Source of the DNA: Eledone cirrhosa
Taxonomy: Eukaryota
Direction of reading: 5' to 3'
NCBI GenBank assembly: GCA_964016885.1
Contig: OZ024742.1
Coordinates: 144,708,001-144,772,000, forward strand
DNA length: 64,000 nt
Part shown: positions 12,701-24,017 of the stretch, piece after piece
How the letters are laid out: every line of letters begins with the position of its first letter
Numbering within the stretch: the stretch's first letter is position 1
The notes under the pieces: model-generated
The model's database searches: none
What the model was told of the DNA's origin: nothing
Seen by the model: only the letters and a program-made list of their open reading frames with translations
Translations under genes and position numbers: made by a program

Positions 12701-15700
12701 GTTGGTGTTGATGGTGGTGGTGTTGAAGCTGGTGGTGTTGATGGTGGTGTTGATGGTTGTGGTGTTGATGGTGGTGGTGTTGATGGTGGTGGTGGTGTTG
12801 ATGGTGTTGATGGTTGTGGTGTTGATGGTGTTGATGGTGTTGGTGTTGATGGTGGTGGTGTTGAAGGTGGTGGTGTTGATGGTGGTGGTGTAGATGGTGG
12901 TGGTGTTGATGGTGGTGGTGTTGATGGTGTTGATTGTGTTGATGGTTGTGGTGTTGATGGTGGTGGTGTTGATGGTTGTGGTGTTGAAGGTGGTGGTGTT
13001 GATGGTGCTGGTGTTGATGGTGGTGGTGTTGATGGTGTTGGTGTTGATGGTGGTGGTGTTGGTGTTGATGGTGGTGGTGTTGATGGTGTTGATGGTGGTG
13101 GTGTTGAAGGTGGTGGTGTTGATGGTGGTGGTGTTGATGGTGTTGATAGTGTTGATGGTTGTGGTGTTGAAGGTGGTGGTGTTGATGGTGTTGGTGTTGA
13201 TGGTGGTGGTGTTGATGGTGTTGGTGTTGATGGTGGTGGTGTTGATGGTGTTGGTGTTGATGGTGGTGGTGTTGAAGTTGGTGGTGTTGATGGTGGTGGT
13301 GTTGATGGTGTTGATGGTGGTGGTGTTGAAGGTGGTGGTGTTGATGGTGTTGGTGTTGATGGTGGTGGTGTTGAAGGTGGTGGTGTTGATGGTGGTGGTG
13401 TTGATGGTGGTGGTGTTGATGGTGGTGGTGTTGATGGTTGTGGTATTGGTGGTGGTGGTGTTGATGGTGTTGATGGTTGTGGTGTTGATGGTGTTGATGG
13501 TGGTGGTGTTGATGGTGGTGGTGTTGAAGGTGGTGGTGTTGATGGTGTTGATGGTGGTGGTGTTGATGGTGTTGAAGGTGGTGGTGTTGATGGTGTTGGT
13601 GTTGATGGTGTTGGTGTTGATGGTGGTGGTGTTGATGGTGCTGGTGTTGATGGTGGTGGTGTTGATGGTGGTGGTGTTGAAGGTGGTGGTGTTGATGGTG
13701 GTGGTGTTGATGGTGGTGGTGGTGTGGGTGTTAATTGTGGTGCTGTTGATGGTGGTGGGGTTGCTGGTGGTGGTGTTGATGGTGGTGGTGGTGGTGTTGA
13801 TGGTCTTGATGGTGTTGATGGTGTTGATGGTTGTGGTGTTGAAGGTGGTGGTGTTGATGGTGTTGGTGTTGATGGTGGTGGTGTTGATGGTGTTGGTGTT
13901 GATGGTGTTGATGGTGTTGGTGTTGATGGTGGTGGTGTTGATGGTGGTGGTGTTGATGGTGTTGATGGTGGTGGTGTTGAAGGTGGTGGTGTTGATGGTG
14001 TTGGTGTTGATGTTGAAGGTGGTGGTGTTGATGGTGGTGGTGGTGGTGTTGATGGTGTTGATGGTTGTGGTGTTGATGGTGTTGATGGTGGTGGTGTTGA
14101 AGGTGGTGGTGTTGATGGTGTTGATGGTTGTGGTGTTGATGGTGTTGATGGTGGTGGTGCTGATGGTGGTGGTGTTGATGGTGGTGGTGGTGTTGATGGT
14201 GTTGATGGTTGTGGTGTTGATGGTGTTGATGGTGGGGGTGTTGATTGTGGTGGTGTTGATGGTGGTGGTGTTGATGGTGGTGGTGTTGAAGGTAGTGGTG
14301 TTGATGGTGGTGTTGTTGATGGTGGTGGTGTTGATGGTGTTGATGGTGGTGGTGGTGGTGTTGATGGTGGTGGTGTTGATGGTGGTGGTGTTGAAGGTTG
14401 TGGTGTTGATGGTGGTGGTGTTGATGGTGGTGGTGTTGAAGGTGGTGGTGTTGATGGTGGTGGTGTTGATGGTGTTGATGGTGGTGGTGGTGGTGTTGAT
14501 GGTGGTGGTGTTGATTGTGGTGCTGTTGATGGTGGTGGTGTTGATGGTGGTGGTGTTGATGGTGGTGGTGTTGATGGTGGTGGTGTTGATGGTGTTGGTG
14601 GTGGTGGGGGTGTTGATTGTGGTGGTGTTCATTGTGGTGCTGTTGATGGTGGTGGGGTTGCTGGTGGTGGTGTTGATTGTGCTGGTGTTGATGGTGGTGG
14701 TGTTGATGGTGGTGGTGTTGATGGTGGTGGTGTTGATGGTGGTGGTGTTGATGGTGTTGGTGTTGATGGTGGTGGTGTTGAAGGTGGTGGTGTTGATCGT
14801 GGTGTTGATGGTTGTGGTGTTGATGGTGGTGGTGTTGATGGTGGTGGTGGTGCTGATGGTGTTGATGGTGGTGGTGTTGAAGGTGGTGGTGTTGATGGTG
14901 TTGGTGTTGATGGCGGTGGTGTTGAAGGTGGTGGTGTTGATGGTGGTGGTGTTGATGGTGGTGGTGTTGAAGGTGGTGGTGTTGATGGTGGTGGTGTTGA
15001 TGGTGGTGGTGTTGAAGGTGGTGGTGTTGATGGTGGTGGTGTTGATTGTGGTGGTGTTGATGGTGGTGGTGTTGATGGTGGTGTTGTTGATGGTGGTGGT
15101 TTGATGGTGGTGGAGTTGATGGTGCTGATGTTGATGGTGGTGGTGTTAATGGTGCTGGTGTTGATGGTGGTAGTATTGAAGGTGGTGGTGTTGATGGTGG
15201 TGGTGTTGATTAGTGGTGGTGTTAATGGTGGTGGTGGTGGGGGTGTTGATTGTGGTGCTGTTGATGGTTGTGGGGTTGCTGGTGGTGGTGTTGATTGTGC
15301 TGGTGTTGATGGTGGTGGTGTTGATGGTGGTGGGATTGATGGGAGTGGTGTTGATGGTGGTGGTATTGATGGTGGTTGTGTTGATGGTGGTGGTGTTGAT
15401 GGTGGTGGTGTTGGTGGTATTGATGGCGTTGGTGTTGATGGTGGTTGTGTTGATGGTGGTGGTGTTGATGGTGGTGGTGTTGATGGTGGTGGTATTGATG
15501 GTGGTGGTATTGATGGCGTTGGTGTTGATGGTGGTTGTGTTGATGGTGGTGTTGATGATGGTGGTGTTGATGGCGTTTGTGTTGATGGTGGTTGTGTTGA
15601 TGGTGTTGATGGTGGTGGTGTTGATGGTGATGTGTTGTTACTGTTGGTGCTCTTGATGGTGGTGGTGTTGATGATGCTGGTGTTGATGGTGGTGGTGTTG

Positions 15701-16020
15701 ATGGTGGTGGTATTGATGGTGGTGGTATTGATGGCGTTGGTTTTGATGGTGGTTGTGTTGATGGTGTTGATGGTGGTGGTGTTGATGGTGATGTGTTGTT
15801 ACTGTTGGTGCTCTTGATAGTGCTGGTGTTGATGGTGCTGGTGTTGATGGTGGTGGTGGTGATGGTGGTGGTGTTGATGGTGCTGGTGTTGATGGTGGTG
15901 TGTTGTTAATGTTGGTGGTGTTGATGGTGGTGGTGTTGATGGTGCTGGTGTTCATGGTGCTGGTGTTGATGGTGGTGTGTTGTTACTGTTGGTGGTGTTG
16001 ATGGTGGTGGTGGTGGTAGT
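6733..16020. repeat. ~9.3-kb GGT-based satellite: 15-bp (GATGGTGGTGGTGTT) and 9-bp (GATGGTGTT) units with ~2.4-kb higher-order repeats
   Basis: Rare variants recur at fixed spacing: GTGGGTGTTAATTGT at 11273 and ~13724 (2451 bp); GTAGAT at ~10439/12890 (2451 bp) and ~9275/11696 (2421 bp). Confidence 0.92.
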
Positions 16021-16146
16021 TAGAAAAACGATGGTGACAGATTTGGTGTTGATGGTTTTGTCAGCAACGATAAAAGCCAAGCGGAGTGATTGCTCGGCTG
16101 CCATTATAAAAGAGAACGAGCAATAGCATGCAACAGCAACAACAAG

Positions 16147-16180
<34 letters not shown>

Positions 16181-16185
16181 GTAGT

Positions 16186-16252
<67 letters not shown>

Positions 16253-16330
16253 CAGCAGCATTAGCAGCAACAGCAGTGGTAATAATAGTAGTAGTAGCAG
16301 TAGCAGCAGTATTATTATTATTTTTATTAT

Positions 16331-16403
<73 letters not shown>

Positions 16404-16574
16404 GGTGGTGGTGGTGGTGGTGGCCGCGGCCGCGGTGGTAGTAGTAGTAGTAGTAGTTGTAGCAGCATTAGCAGCAGCAACAGCAGCAGCAGTAGTAGTA
16501 CTAGCAGTAGCAGCAGCAGTAGTAGAAGTAGTAGTAGTAGCAGTAGTAGTAGCAGCATCATCATCATCAGCAGC

Positions 16575-16639
<65 letters not shown>

Positions 16640-16810
16640 CATTAGTAGCAGCAGCAGCAGTAGTAGTAGCAGTAGTGGTAGTAGTAGCAGCAACAGCAGC
16701 AGCAATAGTACTATCAGTAGCAGTAGCAGCAGCAGCTGTATAGTATTATTATCCTTTTTCTTCTTCTTATTATTATTATTAGTAGTAGTAGTATTTGTAG
16801 TAGTAGTTTG
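16147..16810. repeat. (AGT)n/(AGC)n compound microsatellite
   Basis: Direct inspection. Confidence 0.9.
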
Positions 16811-17108
16811 TCTTATTCATTACGAGTACGACGATGATGATGTTAACAGCAGTGGTTGTAGAAACATAAATTGTTCCAACATACGTTCACATTTAATGAC
16901 ATCACTGTACGTTGTATTTGATTCCAGTTGCAAGAAAATCTTACGTGTACTGCATTAAACAGTTATACAATAGTGTAGTATGTAAGTTCGTATGCACAGC
17001 TACTCTCGCACTACATACCTACACACACATATATACTCATATACTACACACGCATATATACTCATATACACATACATACATACATACATACATACATACA
17101 TACATACA

Positions 17109-17140
<32 letters not shown>

Positions 17141-17141
<1 letters not shown>

Positions 17142-17749
17142 GGTGGCTGCCAACTCGTTTTCGAGTACGGCCACTACTTTATATCCATGTAGGAGAACCC
17201 CTACCGATGTACTGAACGAGTGTGACTTTTTAGTCCAACCAGCGACTTGAAAACTCTGGTACAAACACTACACTTGTGACAATTATTGACACATAGTGCT
17301 GGGCCCATGGTACCATGTGAGGACAAGTGCAGAGAGATCTCCAGATATAAAGCAATGCCTGTGCCGTGAAGCTTTTATAGTGAGCAAAGGCACTGCACAA
17401 AGCCAGTCCCACTCTCTTAACCAAGATGATATTTACCAAAAAGAAGAACAAGTCAACATCATTGGATACCATCAGGGTTGCAGGTGTTATATCAGAGTTT
17501 TCCTTCTCCTAGAATTCTGCCTTGACAAAGGCTAAGGGGTCATCTCTCCCGGTGATTTTGGATGGCTATTGACTCTTAAGAGCTCCTTTGCCCTTTGACA
17601 GGTTTTGTTTTTAGTCCTGCAGGATGTCCAAAGTCACCCTCCTCACCAAGAAACCTTGGTGGGGTTGCCAGTTTAGTCGCCAACGACCCGACCATGAGAC
17701 AGGTTGTACTGGGATACATGTTACCAGTAGCACCAACTGGTGACCTGAC
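17141..17749 (-). mobile_element. ~609-bp non-autonomous retroelement, copy 1 (probably RTE/RTEX-derived), embedded in (TACA)n
   Basis: Near-identical to 22475-23083, and both ends abut (TACA)n. The motifs TTTCCTTCTCCTAGA..GCC..AAGGCT and TACCAGTAGC resemble RTE-type 5' UTRs as I recall them. Strand is inferred. Confidence 0.6.
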
Positions 17750-17802
17750 ATACATACACACACACATACATACATACATACATACATACATACATACATA
17801 CA

Positions 17803-17836
<34 letters not shown>

Positions 17837-18273
17837 AAATGGCGACCGTTGTGGTCAGTGTCCGATAATCGGACGTGTGTAATTACGGCTTACATGAAGG
17901 CAACATACCATATATTGGAAAAAGTTGAGCTACATTACGCGGTAAGATTACATACAATAATTCTACATAAGTGTTTGAACTGTAAGTGTGTTGTAAAACA
18001 CCTATTTATATGAACGATACATACACTTATGATATATGAACGATACATACACTTTAACATATAAATGCAACGTTGTTATATTACATTTATAAAGAAATAT
18101 TACATTTATATAAAACACAGCTGTAGAATTAAAAACTAACTGAAAAGAAATATTACTCAAGCTGTGAATAACTTTAAATTTGATTCTGACAGAACTTTGT
18201 CGTAACTTTTAAAGAAGATCATCGACTATTTTGAAAAATAAATACGAAATATTAGTGAATAGACGAACTCATC

Positions 18274-21039
18274 ATGGCAAAAAGTACAAGTCTCCTTCGA
18301 CCAAATCGCAATTACAACCGTTGTATACAGTGGACCTACGAGCTTAACAAAGTATTATATGAAGCATACAAACAATCTGAACCCCAAAAGTTCGGTTTTA
18401 TGCAAAGGCTAAAAACTTTATGGAACTCCAAACACCCAGAATTAGACTTTTCTCCAAAGCATTTAAATGAACAGGCAAAACGTATCATTAGATGTAAATT
18501 GATACATCTAACGGAATCGAGTGATACTACAAATACAGCCCTTGTAGACAACCACCCCACCTCCACTGACAGACAAAGGGAATGGCCAGCTAAATCTAAC
18601 AGTGAACAGCTCACCAACAATTTTGCTGAAATTCATCCCACTTCCACTGAAGAACAGCGAGAAAGGTCAGCTGACTCTAGTAGTAATTGTCACCACATCA
18701 ACAACGAGGCTGAAATTCATGACTCTACTGAACAAACAGAGCACCAAAAACTTGTGGGCTCCCTACAAGTGATATGGAATGATATGTTTCAAGAGATACA
18801 CAGCCTTAATGTGAGTGACAGACCATACAACACTAGAGTCAGTAAAGAACCCACTAAATTGGAATTGGAAGCGGTGAACGAAATAGCTGGCAATTATCTG
18901 AAGGCTATACGATCTAAAGGTGTAGAAACGACATTTGAAACGCTTAATGTTTTGTTATATGTTTCAGCTGTCACATTGCTAGCATATAACACACATCTAA
19001 AACCACGCAATCAAGATACAAACAGAAAGCCTGAACCAGCGTGGATGCGAAATTTAAAAACCAAAATTTTGTCCCTGAGACGAAGTATCTCACACATCGC
19101 AGTCGTTATGAAATGCAACATAGAGAGCAACTTCACACAACACCAGGAAGACCTAAAGAAAAAGTTAGAGAGAAGATTTGGAGATACAAAATTTAAAACT
19201 TTGAACTCCAAATTACACCAGTTGAAACAACAACTCACAGCTACAACAGAAAGACTAAAATATAAGTCAACAGCACATAAACGACAAGTGCTAAATAGAT
19301 TGTTTGCCAGAGATCCTAAATCAGTTTATCGCAGCTTCGGTGGCAAAAGCTCAATCTCTGTAAATGACACCCCTTCAAAAGAACAGGTTGAGAGCTACTG
19401 GAGATCTGTATGGGAAACGGATGACGGATTCAACAGACAAGCTAATTGGCTAAAAGAACTGGAACAGGACTACTGCCAACATGTCCAGACAAAACAATAT
19501 GACATAGATGGGTCAATACTGGAAACAGCTCTACAGAAAATGTCGAATAGGAAATCGCCAGGCCCAGACCTCATTACAGGATACTGGTTGAAGAATTTCA
19601 CTTTCTATCGGCAAGATCTCATACGGCTGTTTACAGAAACCATTAAGGGCACACAAGAACTGCCCAGATGGTTATCAACTGCCTCTACTCTCCTCATTCC
19701 CAAAAATAGCCAAACCACCCTTGCTAAAAATTACCGCCCAATTGCCTGCCAAAACATCATGTATAAATTATATACTGGGTGCCTTAACCTGTTCTTACAG
19801 GATCACTGTGCTACCAACAACATCATAACACCCGAGCAAGCTGGTGGAAAGAGGGAGGTGTGGGGTTGCATAGATCACCTACTAACTAACAAAATGATTC
19901 AGGAAAAAACAACAAAGAATCGCAGAAACATGACTGTCGTGTGGCTGGACTATCAAAAAGCATTTGATAGTGTACCTCATGGGTGGATTGTTAAGGCTTT
20001 ACAGTTAGCTAAAGTCCCACAACCATTGGTAGCTGCTGTTGAACGCCTGACCAAGAACTGGTACACCAGTTTGATCCTTAGAGGTGAGAAGGAGCAGGTT
20101 AGGACTGATAAGATACATTACCAGAAGGGCATCTTTCAGGGTGATAGCTTGTCAGTGCTACTCTTCGTTCTCTCACTGAATCCACTATCTTACCTACTCA
20201 GGAAACAAGGTCGACAAAGAAGTGGGACCAAAAGTATCTCCCATCTTTTCTTTGTTGATGACCTGAAGTTGTATGGGCCAAATATCAATGACATCAAGAA
20301 ACAATTGGACCTCATTACACAATTTTCAACCGACATCAAAATGAAATTTGGTGAGTCCAAGTGTGCATATTTGGCAGTAAAACGTGGAAGAGCTGTGCCC
20401 TCCTCTAGAAATCTAGAGATGAACGGCCTGACAATACAACCTCTGCAGTCAGGTGACAACTACAGATATCTTGGACAGCATGAGAATGTCAGATATGATG
20501 GACCCATAAATAAGGAGAGAACCAGAACTGAATACCTCAGAAGAGTAAAGAAAATATGGTCATCAGAACTGTCAGCATACAACAAATACATTGCCCACAA
20601 TACTTATGCTGTGCCAATTCTAACGCCAACATTTGGCCTACTGAACTGGTCATTGCAAGAACTAAGTGAGATGGATGTTAGAACTCGAAAACTTCTCAGT
20701 GTTACTGGGAACTTTAACATCAATGGTGATGTGGATAGGCTATGCTTCCCACGCGGGGAAGGTGGCCGGGGTCTAGGGTCAATGTTGGCAACATATGAGA
20801 CCCGGATGGTGACACCGGGGCGGCACCTTCAACAGAGGAAAAAGGTTGGCAGCCATCTTGCCCAGGTTTATGACCATGAAAAAAGAAATATCATTAGAAT
20901 AGCGACTGATCTGGAGGAGAGATATGGAATAAAGCCCGATATAAATCTCTCGCCCAGAGAAATCGGAAGATCCTATTCAATGTTCAAACAAGAAAAAAAA
21001 TTGACCAATTTACAGAAAAAGTTGTGCATGGATACTTGA
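18274..21039 (+). CDS. Reverse transcriptase portion of the R4/Dong-like protein
   Basis: KSPGPD, NYRPIAC, WLDYQKAFDSVPH, GIFQGDSLS, LFFVDDL, YRYLG and GGRGL motifs. Confidence 0.92.
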   Translation: MAKSTSLLRPNRNYNRCIQWTYELNKVLYEAYKQSEPQKFGFMQRLKTLWNSKHPELDFSPKHLNEQAKRIIRCKLIHLTESSDTTNTALVDNHPTSTDRQREWPAKSNSEQLTNNFAEIHPTSTEEQRERSADSSSNCHHINNEAEIHDSTEQTEHQKLVGSLQVIWNDMFQEIHSLNVSDRPYNTRVSKEPTKLELEAVNEIAGNYLKAIRSKGVETTFETLNVLLYVSAVTLLAYNTHLKPRNQDTNRKPEPAWMRNLKTKILSLRRSISHIAVVMKCNIESNFTQHQEDLKKKLERRFGDTKFKTLNSKLHQLKQQLTATTERLKYKSTAHKRQVLNRLFARDPKSVYRSFGGKSSISVNDTPSKEQVESYWRSVWETDDGFNRQANWLKELEQDYCQHVQTKQYDIDGSILETALQKMSNRKSPGPDLITGYWLKNFTFYRQDLIRLFTETIKGTQELPRWLSTASTLLIPKNSQTTLAKNYRPIACQNIMYKLYTGCLNLFLQDHCATNNIITPEQAGGKREVWGCIDHLLTNKMIQEKTTKNRRNMTVVWLDYQKAFDSVPHGWIVKALQLAKVPQPLVAAVERLTKNWYTSLILRGEKEQVRTDKIHYQKGIFQGDSLSVLLFVLSLNPLSYLLRKQGRQRSGTKSISHLFFVDDLKLYGPNINDIKKQLDLITQFSTDIKMKFGESKCAYLAVKRGRAVPSSRNLEMNGLTIQPLQSGDNYRYLGQHENVRYDGPINKERTRTEYLRRVKKIWSSELSAYNKYIAHNTYAVPILTPTFGLLNWSLQELSEMDVRTRKLLSVTGNFNINGDVDRLCFPRGEGGRGLGSMLATYETRMVTPGRHLQQRKKVGSHLAQVYDHEKRNIIRIATDLEERYGIKPDINLSPREIGRSYSMFKQEKKLTNLQKKLCMDT

Positions 21040-21782
21040 GGCGTAAAACACAGACCATAGAGGGGATAAACCACTCAAAAAGCCTGGCATGGAGTTCCGA
21101 CAAGTTTATGACGTCACACCTTGAGGGATATCTCTATGCAATACAGGAACAAGAACTCCCTACCAAATATCTGCTGCACAAAAGAGGAGGGCCAGCAGCT
21201 GACAATAAATGTAGGCTATGTGAAACAAAGATCGAGGATGTAAGCCACATTGTTGCCAGCTGCGAGGGAATGTCATCTCGCTGCTGCCTCCCCATGAGAC
21301 ACGATGGGATAGCTAGAATCATCTGGAACGCACTTCGGAAAACAAAATCAACAACAAACGAGGAAGAATATATTGAGACAGATGGCACTGGGGAATGCTG
21401 GTGGAGCCTGAAAGTAGAAACTGCCACCAAATTAAAGCACAACCGGCCTGATATTGTAGTTTGGGACCACACATTGAAAACGTGTTCTGTTGTGGAGATC
21501 AGCTGCCCACTTGATGTAAACGTTGTCAGAAAAATACAGGAGAAGGAGGACATCTACGGACCATTGATGAGGAGTTTACAAATCCAGTATCCAAGATACA
21601 CCTTTAGCTTCATACCCATCATTATTGGTGCTACGGGTTATATACCAACCCGCTTGGACCAAAGTATGACTGAACTTGGATTTGCGGACAAAAAGCGCAG
21701 CTCCCTAGTTCATGGTCTGCGGGTGGCTGCGATGGCTGGCACCTTCAAAATTTGCAAAACATTCTTGCGATTCAAGGGATGA
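21024..21782 (+). CDS. C-terminal zinc knuckle + RLE endonuclease of the same protein (-1 frame)
   Basis: CRLC..H..C knuckle, RHD, NRPDIVV, VVEISCP, K..IY and IIIGATG. It joins the RT ORF through the A8 run at 20993-21000 (KKIDQFTEKVVHG). Confidence 0.88.
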   Translation: MHGYLRRKTQTIEGINHSKSLAWSSDKFMTSHLEGYLYAIQEQELPTKYLLHKRGGPAADNKCRLCETKIEDVSHIVASCEGMSSRCCLPMRHDGIARIIWNALRKTKSTTNEEEYIETDGTGECWWSLKVETATKLKHNRPDIVVWDHTLKTCSVVEISCPLDVNVVRKIQEKEDIYGPLMRSLQIQYPRYTFSFIPIIIGATGYIPTRLDQSMTELGFADKKRSSLVHGLRVAAMAGTFKICKTFLRFKG

Positions 21783-21896
21783 CAATTTCTTTTCTTTTAC
21801 AACCTTGCCACCAGGAAGGTGACCGGTCAAAAAATATACTCAAAATTAAGAGAAAGAGAAAACATACATACATACATACATACATACTTATATACC

Positions 21897-22078
21897 TATC
21901 TATCTATCTAGGGCGGGTAAAATTCTCGAGATCCATGGACGAGTTCTCTCCAGCGGTCTCTGTCCCTCATTATTGTTGCCATGTCCTGCGTCTCCAACAA
22001 ACCTTGGTCTTCCTCTTCCAGTGTGTCCATGTAAGGACTCCCACAAGAGCACTAAGTGCAATGTCAACTCTGGATGCC
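21897..22078 (-). mobile_element. 3' end of an RTE/RTEX-type LINE with a (TAGA)n tail
   Basis: The - strand reads YMDTLEEEDQGLLETQDMATIMRDRDRWRELV..*, a typical RTE C-terminus (M.DR..WR..V). Confidence 0.7.
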
Positions 22079-22126
22079 TACCTACATATATACATACCTA
22101 CCTGCCTACATACATACATACATACA

Positions 22127-22158
<32 letters not shown>

Positions 22159-22474
22159 CATACCTACAATCACACATACATACATACAATCATACATACG
22201 TACGTACATACGTAATTACATACATATATACATACATACACACACATACACTTATACATACACACACACATATATATATATATACATACCTGCAAGCGTA
22301 CAATCATATACATGCATATAATCATACATACACACATACATGCGTACACACATACATATACATATAATACATACATTCAATAGGCCCAATACATACATAC
22401 ACTCAATGCATACATACATACATACATACATACATACATGCATACATGCATACATACATACATACATACATACA

Positions 22475-23083
22475 TGGTGGCTGCCAACTCGTTTTCGAGT
22501 ACGGCCACTACTTTATATCCATATAGGAGAACCCCTACCGATGCAGTGAACGAGTGGGACCTTTTAGTCCAGCCAGCGACTTGAAAACTCTGGTACAAAC
22601 ACTACACTTGTGACAAATATTGACACATAGTGCTGGGGCCATGGTACCCTGTGACGACAAGTGCAGAGAGATCTCCAGATATAAAGCAATGCCTGTGCCG
22701 TGAAGCTTTTATAGTGAGCAAAGGCACTGCACAAAGCCAGTCCCACTCTCTTAACCAAGATGATATTTACCAAAAAGAAGAACAAGTCAACATCATTGGA
22801 TACCATCAGGGTTGCAGGTGTTAAATCAGAGTTTTCCTTCTCCTAGAATTCTGCCTTGACAAAGGCTAAGGGGTCATCTCTCCCGGTGATTTTGGATGGC
22901 CATTGACTCTTAAGAGCTCCTTTGCCCTTTGACAGGTCTTGTTTTTAGTCCTGCAGGATGTCCAAAGTCACCCTCCTCACCAAGAAACCTTGGTGGGGTT
23001 GCCAGTTTAGTCGCCAACGACCCGACCATGGGACAGGTTGTACTGGGATACATGTTACCAGTAGCACCAACTGGTGACCTGAC
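22475..23083 (-). mobile_element. ~609-bp non-autonomous retroelement, copy 2, in (TACA)n
   Basis: About 14 substitutions versus copy 1 by manual count; same orientation. Confidence 0.6.
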
Positions 23084-23189
23084 ATACATACATACATACA
23101 TACATACATACATACATACATACATACATACATACATACATACATACGTACGTACGTAGTACATACATACATAACACTCGACATGAGCA

Positions 23190-23687
23190 GTCGCACAAAT
23201 GGCGTGGGGGCCTATTCATTAAATTTTAAATGAATATTATCTCCAACTGTAATAGCACAACTAACAATCCTGTTGAATAACTGAATATTATTCTGGTGAT
23301 ATTCCCTGAAGACACCTATTATTCGAAATCGTAGAGATATGCGTCTAAATATTGGATTCACTTTACAAGGATTTGCTGCAAACAACATGGCTGGTCACAA
23401 CAACATCAACAACTCTGAATCGAAGAAAAGCAACGAAAAATGTAAAAAGAATATTTTTAGTTGGAGTTACGAAACTATAAATCGCATTTTTCTTAGAACT
23501 ATGAACTCAGTAACGACCTATTTAATTGCCATAAGATGGTAAAAACGATCCCTGTGTTGCCTATATGAACAGAAAGAAGTTACACTGAGAAGAACTTCAC
23601 GTAGAGCTAAGTTATTTCAAAGCCAAACAATTGCGCCAACAAACAACGTTTGTCGGGCGTAAAAATAACATAAACGTTATTCAAAAC
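23190..23687 (+). pseudogene. Decayed 5' part of an older R4/Dong-like element directly after (TACA)n
   Basis: Starts AAATGGCG like 17837. Broken frames read SWSYE.. and TEKN..RAK, paralleling WTYELN and SPKHL.EQAK of 18274. Confidence 0.4.
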
Positions 23688-24017
23688 AATAATTGTTTCT
23701 ACTTTAGGCACAAGGCCAGCAAATACTCAGTACATTACTGGTACTTTATTTTATCGACCCCGTAAGGATGAAAGGCAAAGTTAACCTTGGCGGGATTTGA
23801 ACTCAGACCATAAAGGGCCGTAACTCAATAATTGTTTCTACTTTTGGCACAAGGCTAGCAATTACCCAGTACATTACTGGTACTTTATTTTATCGACCCC
23901 GTAAGGATGAAAGGCAAAGTTAACCTTGACGGGATTTGAACTCAGACCGTAAAGGGATGTAACTATGCTAGAAAGCATGGCGTCCAACCCTCTATCGATA
24001 CTGCCAATTCACCGCCC
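23688..24017 (-). mobile_element. Two tandem SINE copies (headless 23688-23826; full 23827-24017)
   Basis: Family motifs on the - strand. Confidence 0.8.

Larger units (their letters stand above)
17836..21861 (+). mobile_element. Full-length R4/Dong-like non-LTR retrotransposon (RT + CCHC + restriction-like endonuclease) inserted in (TACA)n
   Basis: Flanked on both sides by (TACA)n; ~440-bp 5' UTR, ~80-bp 3' UTR, and a single coding region with one frameshift. Confidence 0.88.

Noticed and set aside
3444-16743. Many long ORFs (poly-V/M/L, His/Pro, Thr, Gly)
   Set aside because: They are translations of simple repeats, open in several frames, with no domain motifs.
17141-23083. LTR retrotransposon interpretation
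   Set aside because: No TG..CA termini, PBS, PPT, gag or integrase; the internal element is a non-LTR RLE type.
23300-23340. CTGAAGA..CGAAATCGTA hammerhead-like motif
   Set aside because: No convincing stem I or stem II.
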